Notes: generated from the letters alone by a model not told the origin. Counted from the first letter of the stretch, positions 24,563 to 36,962 are shown. The stretch: DNA of 64,000 nt from Octopus sinensis (GCF_006345805.1 NW_021834205.1:1-64000), one strand, 5' to 3'. A program made the numbers and translations.

Positions 24563-24737
24563 GTTATTGTTATGGTTATTGTTATTATTATTATTATTAA
24601 TATTATTATTATTATTATTATTATTGTTGTTATTGTTATTCTTATTATTATTAATTATTATTATTATTATTATTATTGTTATTATTTTTATTGTTGTTAT
24701 TATTATTATTATTATTGTTATTATTATTATTATTATT
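22436..24737. repeat. 2.3-kb (ATT)n/(TATTGT)n tract
   Basis: Direct reading; source of the poly-L/I/Y/C ORFs. Confidence 0.95.
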
Positions 24738-25276
24738 GAGTGAGAGAGCAGTTCATGCCATCAAAGGGACACTGGGGTAAAATATACGAAGCCCAATATA
24801 CCCATCATGACTACCCGTCTGATAAAGGTACACCAGACACATGCATCACAACCATATGTGCGCAACATGGTGATCTCATATCAAGATAAACAGCACATGA
24901 CCTTGTAGAATTTTCTTCAGGTTGAGTAGCCCATCCCGCTCAAACGGTCCCTGAATAAGGGTTGGTTAAGTATGTTGAAAGAACCACCCATGTTTCCAGA
25001 GGTGAACTATTCAAACCCCAAAGAATCCCTCTCAACACATGGCTATGATGCTCCCCCACTACTTCTGCTCGTGATCAGAGATGCACATATCGTCAGCCAC
25101 TAAGGGAATGCTCAACTGGTTATGGTCAAACAACTGACAAGCAAATCTGTGGTATTGAGCAGAATATTTGGTGTAGCCCATCTTTTATACCAAGACAAAA
25201 CAATGTACATGATAACACTTCCAATCAGTTAAGATCAGAAGCCATGAGAGCCACTGCCTGGTACTGCATCAGGGCA
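24738..25276 (-). mobile_element. Element G (about 540 bp, no tRNA head) embedded in TAA repeats
   Basis: Near-identical to 61989-62520 and, inverted, to 25724-26068. Both ends abut (TTA)n. Strand assignment tentative. Confidence 0.85.
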
Positions 25277-25361
<85 letters not shown>

Positions 25362-25369
25362 TATTGATT

Positions 25370-25553
25370 TCAAATTTTGGCACAAGGTCAAATTGTTCGC
25401 GGTGGGGGAGGAGGGCAAGCTGAACTGATACTTATTTTATCGACTTTGAAAGGATGGAACGCAGAGTCTACCTCAGTGGAATTTGAACTCAGAACGTAGA
25501 GACGGTCAAAATGACGTTAAGCTTTTCGCCTGGCATGCCATCTTGCCGCCTTA
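25370..25553 (-). mobile_element. SINE family B, short-tail, diverged
   Basis: GGAATTTGAACTCAGAACG and CAAATTTTGGCACAAGG tail. Confidence 0.75.
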
Positions 25554-25586
25554 AAAATAATTACAATAGTAATAATAATAATATAA

Positions 25587-25666
<80 letters not shown>

Positions 25667-25723
25667 TAATAATAATGATAATAATAATAATAATAATGAT
25701 AATTATAATAATAATAATAATAA

Positions 25724-26068
25724 ATGCCCTAATGCAGTACCATAATTGCCCTGATGCAGTATAAATGCCCTGATGCAGTACCAGGCAGTGGCTCTCATGG
25801 CTTCTGATCTTAACTGATTGGAAGTGTTACCATGTGCATTGTTTTGCCTTGGTATAAAAGATGGGCTACAGCAAATATTCTGCTCAATACCACAGATTTG
25901 CTTTTCAGTTGTTTGACCATAACCAGTTGAGCATGTCCCGTTGTGGCTGACGATATGTGCATCTCTGATCAAGAGCAGTAGTGGGAAGCATCATAGCCAT
26001 TTGTTGAGAAGGATTCTTTGGGGTTTGAATAATTCACCTCTAGAAACATGGGTGTTTCGTTCAACATC
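25724..26068 (+). mobile_element. Element G partial copy with triplicated end
   Basis: TGCCCT(A/G)ATGCAGTA occurs three times before the body; body truncated at about 26068. Confidence 0.85.
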
Positions 26069-26596
26069 ATTTTCCTGAGCGTCCAATAACACTATACTTG
26101 TTCCACGTCCTCGCGTTCTTGTGTTTTCATGTTTGGATTAACTTTATATACATATATACACTGCTTTATCCACTTACAATCCACTTGTTACAGGAAAATT
26201 GAACTGAAAGCGGGCAACTAACCTTTAGAAAATTTAAATTTCGTTATCTTTATATTGAATCAATTTCGGAATTAATCCCTATAAAGGATGCATTCTTCTT
26301 CAGTAGAGCTTACGAGGGAACATAAATAAAATACTCACATGTGATCATGGAAAAAGCAGAAGCTAAAAACACAACCACATTTAAGTACATCATTTATATC
26401 TAAATATATATATATATATATAGATAAGAAAGTTTGTTTTACCGCGAAACCGGTAATTTCTTTAAAAATTTTTTAAATTATGTCATTTTAAGGAAAGGAA
26501 AAAAAATTTTTCCAATATTCTCCAGACATTTTGACACAAATATATATATTTTTTAACATTTAAGCCATCTGTCGTTTTTTCACACTTTACTATTTT

Positions 26597-26638
<42 letters not shown>

Positions 26639-26803
26639 TACGACGGGCTTCTTTCAGTTTCTGTCTACCAAATCCACTCACAAGGCTTTGGTCGGCCCGA
26701 GGCTGTAGTAGAAGACACTTGCCCAAGGTGCCACGCAGTGGGACTGAATCCAGAACCATGTGGTTGGTTTGCATGCTACTTACCACACAGCCACTCCTGC
26801 GCC
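26639..26803 (-). mobile_element. SINE family A, 5' half
   Basis: Reverse complement of the GGCGCAGGAGTGGCTGTGTGG head through GAAAGAAGCCCGTCG. Confidence 0.9.
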
Positions 26804-27088
26804 TATAATAATAATAACAACAACAGCAGCAGCAATGATCATAACAATTATTAATATATTAATTATTATTATCATCATCATTATTATTATTGCTACTATT
26901 ATTATTGTTATTATCATTTATTTTTCTTGCCATATCTCTCTATTGTTCTTTATATTATTTATAGCCTTTTACAGTCAAATACATGAATAAATTAGTAAAC
27001 AGACTAGAAATAATACTACTAGCAGACTAAACCTCACAACACCAACAACAAGATCATTAGTTAAACATGAAGTGGTTTATAAAAATCT

Positions 27089-27154
27089 ATGGCTAGATTC
27101 CCAGTGGTTTTCAAGGCTGCACTTTATCGCTCCCTCCGGTCACGTGCAACCGAG
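27089..27154 (+). CDS. Candidate exon MARFPVVFKAALYRSLRSRATE (5' edge uncertain: ATG at 27089 or acceptors at 27096/27104)
   Basis: Non-repetitive open frame ending GAG|gtaagc (phase 0), compatible with the candidate exon at 42224. Confidence 0.35.
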
Positions 27155-27760
27155 GTAAGCCCAACTTGTGTTACAATATAGCCTTTATCCTTTCAGTAGC
27201 ATAGCTGAAGATTATTATAGACTTAGAAACACAAACAAACGAACAGCAACACGCACAGACACACAGTCACACACACACACACATACACATACATAGGCAA
27301 ACGCACACACAAACAAACACGAACTGCAGTGCACATATATAGCCCTTCCAATAAGTCTCTATTCAAGTGCGTGTTTTGTGGATGTGTGATTATCGGTGTC
27401 TGTGTAGAAGTGAGTGCGTGTACACATAAATACATATGTATATGTGTGTATATGTGTGTATGTGCATGCATATATATATATATATGTCTGTTTGTATGTA
27501 TGTATATATGTATATGGAAATACATGCATATAGTATGTATATATATATATATGCACACACACATCAAAATATGGATTATGTAAGAATAAATGTTAAAAAC
27601 AAATATAAATACATAAAATAATAACGGCGACAACAGCCACAACAACAACAACAAAAATAATGAAAATAATAATAATATTATTATCATTATTATTTTCATT
27701 ATTATTATTATTATTAGTAATAATAATAATAGTAATAATAATGATAATAATAAAAATAAT

Positions 27761-27791
<31 letters not shown>

Positions 27792-27794
27792 GTA

Positions 27795-27834
<40 letters not shown>

Positions 27835-27986
27835 TAATAATCTGGATACGTTGCCAGAGTTTTGACAATGAGTATACAAGAATAGGAATGAATCAAACGA
27901 AATTAAAATATATAAATATATATTAATGAATCAATATAATAGATCGATAAATCAATAATTACGAGAAATGTCAGTGTGACTTGATG

Positions 27987-28040
27987 ATTGGGGAATGACG
28001 TAATAGATCCCAATCCATGGTAAGTCCACGGTCACGTGAC
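27987..28040. promoter_or_regulatory. Cluster of promoter-like motifs
   Basis: ATTGG, TGACGTAA, CCAAT, ATG|gtaagt and GTCACGTGAC within about 55 bp of unique sequence. Confidence 0.3.
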
Positions 28041-28366
28041 CTCATCTTGCACAATTGTGAAGGAAAGCAGTGGGTGGGAAAGGGAGGAGGTGGGGGAGGA
28101 GTATCAGATGTTTTCATTCCTCATCATGATATCATCATCATCGTCGTCGTCATCATCGTCCCCCCCACCGCCGCCGACTTCGTTATCATCATTAACAGAA
28201 GTTTCCTAAACAAAAGATAAAGACAAAAACAAAGAACAAACAAGCAAATAAGAAGAATCAAGTTAAGGCGCCACTCAGAATTTCGACTAATTAACACAGT
28301 TTGGTCTTTTAATGTTGTTTTCGGTTTTTAAACTTTGATTAGATTGGTGTGTGTGTGCATGCGTGC

Positions 28367-28403
<37 letters not shown>

Positions 28404-29009
28404 AGAGAGCGAGAGAGAGGGAGGGAGGGAAGAAAGAAAGAGAGCGGGTATTTAAGTGTTTGTACGTGTGAAGTAGACAGAGGTAGACGGTGAAAGGGAA
28501 AGAAAACGAAGAGCGTGAGGTCGGTGGAAGAGAATACATACATACACACACACATACAGGCATGCATACATACATACATGTATACATACATATATACACA
28601 CAGACAGACAAACAGACATACAGGCAGACTGATAAATAGATAGACAGACAGACAGATAGATAGATACATACATATACACATACATGCATACAAACGTACA
28701 TAGTTAAGTAGATAGATAAATAGATAGATCGATAGATACATACATACATACATACATACATACATACATGCATGTATACGTACATACATACATAGATGTA
28801 TACATACATACAAACATACTTAGATAAGAAGATAGATAGATTCAAACATACATACATATGTACATATATAGATAAGTAGATAGATATATAGATAGATGCA
28901 TACATACATAAGTAGATAGATAGATAGATATTTATACATATACACACACATATATTTATACAAAGGCATGAATACATATATGGGTGTGTGTCTTTGTGTG
29001 TGTGTGTGT

Positions 29010-29210
29010 GTGTGCTTATGTATCTGTGCCTGACTCACCACCACAGCTTGACAACCGGTGCTGGTATGGTTACGTACTTGTAACTTAGCGGTTCGGCAAA
29101 GGTATGGTTAGAATAAGTTCCAGGCTCTTAAAAACAGAAAATAAGTATTGGGGGTCGATACATTCGAATAAAGAATCTTCAAGGCGATACTCCAATATGG
29201 CCGCATTCAA
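29010..29210 (+). mobile_element. SINE family A, 3' half, diverged
   Basis: GCTTGACAACCGGTGCTGG..GTAACTTAGCGGTTCGGC..GGGGTCGAT. Confidence 0.75.
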
Positions 29211-29383
29211 ATGATATCACAAACGTGTGTTGCTACGTGCATATAGTTAAATATAGAAATAAATAGATGCGTATGTACATGCACGCGTGTTTATATACAT
29301 GTGTCTGTGAGTGTGTGCGTGTGTGTGTGTGTTTGTGAATGCGTATGTGTGGTGTGGTGTGTGTGTGTGTATACGCATATTTT

Positions 29384-29628
29384 TTCAGTCATTTGACTGC
29401 AGCCATGCTGGAGCACCACCTTTAATCGAAGGAATCGACTCCAGGTTTTATTCTTTGTAAGCCTAGTACTTATTCTATCGGTCTCTTTGCCGCACCTCTA
29501 TGTATGTGTGTGTGTGTGTGTGTGTTTGTGTGTTTACGGGGACGTAAACACACCAACATCGTTTGTCAAATGATAGTAGGTGACAAACATAGACACCCAC
29601 TCACACAAATATAAATATGTATATATAC

Positions 29629-29702
<74 letters not shown>

Positions 29703-29861
29703 CGACTGGCTTCTTTCACTTTCCTCAACCAAATCCATTCACAAGGCTTTGGTCGGTCCGAGGCTATAGTAGAACTTTCCCAAGGTGCCACGTAGTGAGA
29801 CTGAACCCATAACCATGTGCTTGGGAATCAAGCTTCTTACCACACAGCCACGCCCACGCCT
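29384..29861 (-). mobile_element. SINE family A (rearranged/deleted)
   Basis: Tail at 29384-29484; head and body at 29533-29861. Confidence 0.8.
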
Positions 29862-30173
29862 GTCTATATTTATTTATATCGAGGTGAAGTAGATGTTTAT
29901 ATTTATAAGACAGTAAAAGCCAGGAGAATGAGGCTAATGATATTACGTTCTTTGATGCTGCAGCTATCAATAAAAGCTGGTAGGATGTAATAAACTTGAT
30001 TTCATCGCCCACGTATTGCGTTAGTTCGTCGGTGGGTGTGGCAGGTATTGAACCTCGGGTCACTGAAACGGAATACGAAGCTGGTGGACATCACACTGAC
30101 GTTTGCTTCCAACGCTACACTTTCCAATATTTACTCTATCACTCTACTACTATTACTACCATTACTACTACTA

Positions 30174-30235
<62 letters not shown>

Positions 30236-30334
30236 ACTACTACTACTTCTGCTGCTGCTACAAGTACTGCCAGTAATAGTAGTAGCAGTGGCAGCAGTAC
30301 TGATAACATAGTAGCAACAGCAGCAGCAATAGTA

Positions 30335-30377
<43 letters not shown>

Positions 30378-30385
30378 AATATATC

Positions 30386-30419
<34 letters not shown>

Positions 30420-30421
30420 GC

Positions 30422-30630
30422 TTCAAATTTTGACACAAGGCCGGCGATATTGGGGGAGGGGATAAGTCGATTTTATAGACTCCAGTGCGTAACTGTTACT
30501 TATTTTATCGATCCCGAAAGCATGAAAAACAAAGTCACTCCGGTGACATTTGAACTCAGAGCGTAAAAACGGACGAAATGCCGCTAAGCATTTTATCCGG
30601 CGTGCTAACGATTCTGCTACCTCGCCACAT
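30422..30630 (-). mobile_element. SINE family B, short-tail
   Basis: Head, core and CAAATTTTGACACAAGGCC tail. Confidence 0.85.
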
Positions 30631-30679
30631 TAATAATAATAATAACAACAACAACAACATCCGATCGGAAACAAGCGAT

Positions 30680-31357
30680 TACAATGAACTGGAGAAAGAC
30701 AAAAATTGAGGAAACTGACTCAGACAGCAAACGCAGAATCTGTGGACAAAGAGACGAAAATATCCACTATCTCTGCTGTGTATGCAGTATGTTAGTACAC
30801 GAAGAAAAACCATGGGCGCTGACTTGACTGTGTGGCTGTGCCGATAAGAGAGTGCAGTTTGATGCTAGCCGAAAGCATGGATTCAAAATATCAGAAAAGT
30901 GGTATGATCACGAGCAAGGGGTGTTGGTGAATGTTAGTTACCGGGAGACCCCAATAAAGATCAATCGTACTGCTGGAGCAAAGAAGTGAGATATGACTTT
31001 AGTGGACAAAATGAGATAAAGTAAGATCATGGACTTTGCAATCTTATATGATAATCGAGTGGATACCAAAGAAAATGAGAAAACTCAATAATATTTGGAC
31101 CTAGCCAAGGAAATGAAGACACTGTGGAAGATAAAGGTGACAATTTCTCAGGTAGTAATAGGAGCATTTGGTACAATACCTAAACTACTACCTAAGAGGT
31201 TGAAGGATACTGGAATTAAGACATGCATCGTCGACCTACTGAAATGTGCCATCATCTATTCCGCAAGATGCCTAAGAAAGGTTCTTGAAATTTGAAGAAA
31301 TTTGTTATCACAAAATCTCATAACATCTGAACTAAAGTAGCGCATAATCACTTTATT
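30680..31357 (+). mobile_element. R4/Dong-type (RLE endonuclease) non-LTR relic
   Basis: ..ICGQRDENIHY.., KWYDHE, IMDFAILYDNRVDTKENEK..YLDLAKEMKTLWKIKVTISQVVIGAFGTIPK..SARCLRKVLEI*. Followed by a (TAA)n tail. Confidence 0.8.
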
Positions 31358-31398
31358 ATAATAATAATAGTAATAATAATAATAATAATAATAATAGT

Positions 31399-31441
<43 letters not shown>

Positions 31442-31473
31442 TAATAATAATAGTAATAATAATAATAATAATT

Positions 31474-32130
31474 GTTTCAAATTTGGGCAGCAAGGACAGA
31501 AATGTTGAACGAATGAGCTAGCTGATACTATCGACCGTAGTATGTGACTTGTATTTGTTTTATCGACCCCGGGGTGGGGGAATGAAAGACAAAGTTGACT
31601 CCATCAGAATTTGAATTCAGAAGGTAATGTGTCGGAAGAAATACGATTAAGCATTTTATTCGAAATTCTAACGATTCTGCCAGCTCGCAGTTTCCGTAAC
31701 ATTAATACAATTCTTTCTAATTTTGGTACAAGGACAGCAATATTGAGCGGTTGATTACATCGAACCCAGTAACCGAATGCTACTTTATTTTATAGACCCC
31801 GGAAGGATGAAAGGCAAAGTTGATCTCGGCGGAATTTGAACTCAGGACGTAAAGACGGACGAAATGCCGCTTAGCACTTTGTCCGGCGTACTAATGATTC
31901 TGCCGGCTCGCCTCTTTATTGATTTAAAATTACGGCACAAGGCCAGCAACTTCAAGGGAGAAGTAAGTCGAGTAAGTCAACCCAATGTTCAAATGGTACT
32001 TCTTTTATCGACTCCGAAAGGATAAAAGGCAAAATGACCTCAGCGGAATTTGAACTCAGAACGTAAAGATGGACGAAAGACCGCTAGGTATTTTACCCGG
32101 TGTGTTAACGATTCTGCCAGCTCGCCCCCT
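31474..32130 (-). mobile_element. Three tandem short-tail SINE B copies
   Basis: Heads end near 31690, 31915 and 32130; each has GAATTTGAA(C/T)TCAG and a CACAAGG.CAG-like tail. Confidence 0.8.
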
Positions 32131-32189
32131 TAATAATAATAACAACAATAATAATCCTTTTTATTACAGGCACATGGCCTGAATTTTAC

Positions 32190-32414
32190 GGCACCATTGC
32201 TCAAACGTTAACACGCCGGGCGAAATGCTTAGCAGTATTTCGTCTGCTGCTACGTTCTGAGTTCAAATTCCACCGAGGTCAACTTTGCCTTTCATCCTTT
32301 CGGGGTCGATAAATTAAGTACCAGTTACGCACTGGGGTCGATGTAATCAACTTAATACCTATGTCTGTCCTTGTTTGTCCCCTCTATGTTTAGCCCCTTG
32401 TGGATAATAAAGAA
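32190..32414 (+). mobile_element. SINE family B monomer
   Basis: AACGTTAACACGCCGGGCGAAATGC..AAAGAAATAGG. Confidence 0.9.
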
Positions 32415-32553
32415 ATAGGTATTTATTTTATCCGCTTCAAAAGGATGAAAACCCGACGTCGACCTCGGTGGAATTTGAACTCAGAACAGAAAGACGAACG
32501 AAAGGCTGCTAAGCATTTTGCCCGACGTGCAAATGATTCTGCCAGCTTGCCAC
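32415..32553 (-). mobile_element. SINE family B partial, tail-to-tail with the preceding copy
   Basis: GTCGACCTCGGTGGAATTTGAACTCAG..CTGCCAGCTTGCC. Confidence 0.8.
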
Positions 32554-33241
32554 TTTTTAGCAAAAGTAATGATGAAAACAAACAAAAAGGAAAAAAAAGG
32601 GCAAAAAAAAACCACCAATGAAATCAGTGAATAAAAGACATGTAAAACAACAGCTTAATCGACAAGCACGATAACAACAATAACAACTACATCAAAAAGT
32701 ACAACAAATACAACGACCACAATGGGAACTTCAACGACAACAATATCGATGACAACTGCAACAGCGCCATCTCTACCACCACCACCACCACCACCACCAC
32801 CATTGAGAAGAACAGCAACAACGACAACAACGGCATAAGGCCAACAGATATATAGATGTCTATGAACTAAAGTGTTTCTGTGTTTGTAAAGAGGGAACAA
32901 AGCCCCAGGGCCGCGCAAAAAGGTTTCTACGTTCGTATTTGTTATAATCATTATTGAAACATGTTCTAAAGAAAGCTATCGATCGCCTCAGCCATCGATC
33001 TTCGGACACTTCTGTTTGCCATCGAATTATGAACTTCTCAACGCCAGGCGAATAGGAGATGGGTGCTGAAACCACCCCGACCATACCCTGGACTTATATT
33101 TCTTTTCTCTTTTCCTGTTTTATTTTTTTTATTTTGTGTTGTTCTAGATGACTCATTGGGGACACTTGAATATGTGTGTGTATACATTATTATATATATA
33201 TTATATATATATATATATATTATATATATTATATATATATA

Positions 33242-33408
33242 GGCGCAGGCGTGGCTGTGTGGTAAAAGGTTTGCCTCCGAACTACATGATTTAGGGTGCA
33301 GTCCCACTGCGTGGTACCTTGAGCAAGTACCTTGTATTATAGCCGCGAGACGTTCAAAGCCTTGTGAGTGGATTTGGTAGGCAGAATCTGAAAGAAGCCC
33401 ATTGTGTC

Positions 33409-33459
<51 letters not shown>

Positions 33460-33760
33460 TGTGTGTGTATGGGTGGGTGATTGAGTGAGTGAGAGTGTTT
33501 GTGTGTGTGTGTGTATTGAGTGAGAGTATGTGTGTGTGTGTGTGTGAGAGAGAGAATGTGTGTGTCTTTGTATTTGTATTTGTCTCCCAACGGCGCTTGA
33601 CAACCGGTATTGGGCTGTTTACGTTCCCCGTAACTTAACGGTTCGACAAAATAGCTCGATATAATATGTACCACTCTTAAAAAAATTAACTACGTGTGTG
33701 TCGATCTAAAAAATTTTCAAGGTGGTGCCCCTGCACCGCCGCAGTCTAATGACTGAAACA
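33242..33760 (+). mobile_element. SINE family A
   Basis: Head, (TG)n, and diverged tail. Confidence 0.88.
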
Positions 33761-33822
33761 TGATATACACACACACACACACACACACACATACATACAT
33801 ACATACATACATACATACATAC

Positions 33823-34246
33823 TCTTTACTCTTTACTCTTTTACTCTTTTACTTGTTTCAGTCATTTGACTGCGGCCATGCTGGAGCACCGCCTTTTTAG
33901 TCGAGGAAATCGACCCCGGAACTTATTCTTTGTAAGCCCAGTACTTATTCTATCGGTCTCTTTTGCCGAACCGCTAAGTGACAGGGACGTAAACACACCA
34001 GCATCGGTTGTCAAGCAATGCTAGGGGGGCAAATACAGACACACAAACACACACACACATACACATACATATATATATATACAAATACGATAGGCTTCTT
34101 TCAGTTTCCGTCTACCAAATCCACTCACAAGGCATTGGTCGGCCCGGGGCTATAGCAGAAGACCCTTGCCCAAGATGCCACGCAGTGGGACTGAACCCGG
34201 AACCATGTGGTTGGTTAGCAAGCTACTTACCACACAGCCACTCCTC
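33823..34246 (-). mobile_element. SINE family A, near full-length
   Basis: (CTCTTTTA)n tail through to ACACAGCCACTCCT. Confidence 0.93.
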
Positions 34247-34283
34247 CTATATATATATACATATATATATATATATGAAAAGA

Positions 34284-34778
34284 AGAAAGAAAACGAAGAA
34301 TTTGATATATAGACATTATTTTATTAGAACATTTTCAATTCCGAACAATATCAAACCCATTGCAGCTACGATCGTTTCCATGCCTCATCAATTCAATTTG
34401 AGAAATTAAATTAAATCAAATTTCCATATCGAATATCCTTAACTGGGCATTTAGTTAGTAGAAGAATTTGATAGAAGGAAGCTACATTGCAATGTGTTGT
34501 TTGATCTTTGCTAGACTCATATTTGTGCAGATATCTGTGTCTAACAAGGGTTAAACAACACACTGGAATCTAGCTCCTTTATATCAAATTATTCCCCTGA
34601 CGAAATTCCCAATTAATGATATTCGATGTCAAAATTTTAGTTAATTCAATTTAATTTCTCAAATTGATTTAGTTGGGTGTGGAAACAATTGTAGGTGCAA
34701 TTGTTTTTATATAGTTCGAAATTGAAAATGGTCTAATAAATTAATGTCTAAATGTCAATTTCTGCGTTTTCTTTTTTC
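34284..34778. repeat. Near-complete imperfect palindrome (about 235-bp arms); MITE/foldback
   Basis: Left TTATTAGAACATTTTCAATTCCGAAC..CAATTTGAGAAATTAAATT..ATCGAATATC matches the reverse complement of the right arm; loop about 34520-34537. Confidence 0.88.
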
Positions 34779-35598
34779 CTCCCATACAAAAATGGTAATT
34801 TACCCATATTCATCATCGCCAAACTAACATCTTTGGTTTTTCACTGATATACTGGATAAAACTGGGCCCGTAAAACTCTCAGTTCGCCCCTTCAGTGCAC
34901 TGATTTGCTTGCGGGTATTTCTTGCTGCCGAGACGATCTTCACATGCACACATCAAACCAAACACACACACACCGTACTCACAGACCAAATATTCTACCA
35001 AACAAAAATGCTGCCATACAGTTTGCTGTTACAGCAAGTTTTAGCCCTCACAGGGCTTTACATGACATGAAAACTTATCTAAGATACAGGTATACACAAC
35101 AGTCCTGATTCCTACTACACCACAATCCTAAAAATACTACCTCTCCAACTCAGTATGGAGAAATATAAGAAAACTATGTCTATAGAAATACTTACATCGT
35201 CACTGGCTGGGAAACAATTCATCAAAATGTAAACTTTGAGAAATAGTAACTGTTGTGTTCCACGGAAGATCACCTTGCTCGCCTGTAATTATGGGAACTC
35301 CAAGAATTTAAGAGTACAGTAATAGTTTGTCATTGAAGGCAGAGCAACATGCTCAGTACGTCCGATGCAGCCCACACGATTCATCACCGTGTACACTATG
35401 GTCCTCGGCTGGACATACACACAGTCTAAATCATTTATGGACGAACTGGGCCTGCGGGACTTTCTGGTTATATATGGTTATATATCTAATGGTTGCTGAG
35501 TCAGGCTGCCCAGCAGCCATGCAACAACGCCTAGTTGTCTCTCATGGGACTGCTCGATCAGAGTTAAACTACTGGGAAGCTACATACTTCAACCTCAA

Positions 35599-35834
35599 AA
35601 GGCGGCGAGCTGGCAGAACCGTTAGCACGCCGGGCGAAATGCTTAGCAGTATTTTGTCTGTCGTTACATTGTGAGTTCAAATTCCGCCAAGGTTGACTTT
35701 GCCTTTCATCCTTTCGGGGTCGATTAAATAAGTACCAGTTACGCACTGGGGGTCGATATAATCGACTTAATCCCTTTGTCTGTCCTTGTTTGTCCTCTCT
35801 GTGTTTAACCCCTTGTGGGTAGTAAAGAAATAGG
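35599..35834 (+). mobile_element. SINE family B monomer
   Basis: Perfect 18-bp TSD TACATACTTCAACCTCAA (35581-35598, 35835-35852). Confidence 0.95.
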
Positions 35835-36224
35835 TACATACTTCAACCTCAACACCACCACCACCTCAACTACAACTGTTATTGCTTCCCTGACACAATC
35901 AACATTACCTCCAGTAGCAAAATCACAAACTCTGTCCTCACCTGCATCCCCGACATCATCATCCCCAGTACCTCACAGCCACCTCCTTATCACCATTATC
36001 ACCGCCAACAAAGTAATACACAACCGTCATCACTATATACTTGTGTGTGTGTGTGTGTGTGGCGGAAGGAGGAGTGTGTGTGTGTGTGGCGGAAGGAGGA
36101 GTGTGTGTGTGCTTGTATATATTTTTGTGAGTGAGTGTATTTGCGTGTATGAGTGTGTGCTTGTGCGTGTGCTTGTATATGTCTATTCGAGTGAGCGTAT
36201 TTGCGTCTATGTGTGTGTGTGTGT

Positions 36225-36263
<39 letters not shown>

Positions 36264-36410
36264 TGTGTGTGTATCTGTATATGTTCTCGAATGGCGACAG
36301 AACAAAGCAAGTGTGACAATGAACTTGTTGCTACATCATTTCCTTTACATATTGTTGTCTTGGCAACACAGGTGATGACGAATGACATCATGGTGTCATA
36401 TGTACTGGAC

Positions 36411-36446
<36 letters not shown>

Positions 36447-36591
36447 TGTGTCTAACCGAACACAAGCTCAGACACTCACACGCTTATGAACATTTGCATG
36501 CAAGTATGTATGTATGTATCTATCTATGCATGTATATTTACATATATATATATATGTGTGGGTGTGTGTGTGTGTGTATGTGTGTGTATAT

Positions 36592-36661
<70 letters not shown>

Positions 36662-36762
36662 GATAAAATGTAGTAACTAAAGAATGAGACCTCGATATTT
36701 GATAAATAGACGATTATTTATATATGTTATAATTTAGAGCTAACAGTAAAAGTTTGTCATTA

Positions 36763-36835
36763 TAGTACTCGGAGTTTCAAACAACAGAGCGAAGAGCTAC
36801 GATACATTCTCGTCGGCTATTAATTCCGAGTACTA
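36763..36835 (-). ncRNA. Type III-like hammerhead relic
   Basis: TAGTACTCGGA-ATT-AATAG-CCGACGA-stem II-GAAA-C-TCCGAGTACTA. Flank 36676-36760 is homologous to 49872-49950. Confidence 0.45.
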
Positions 36836-36853
36836 GAGTACTATATATATATA

Positions 36854-36923
<70 letters not shown>

Positions 36924-36962
36924 TCTAAGTCTCTCTAAAGGAGATTACAGCAGTGGTACTGG

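Noticed and set aside
35196-35480. 87-nt - strand exon-like segment, and a + strand frame ending KSFMDELGLRDFL
   Set aside because: Isolated and unrecognised; could be a decayed LINE endonuclease; no partner exons found
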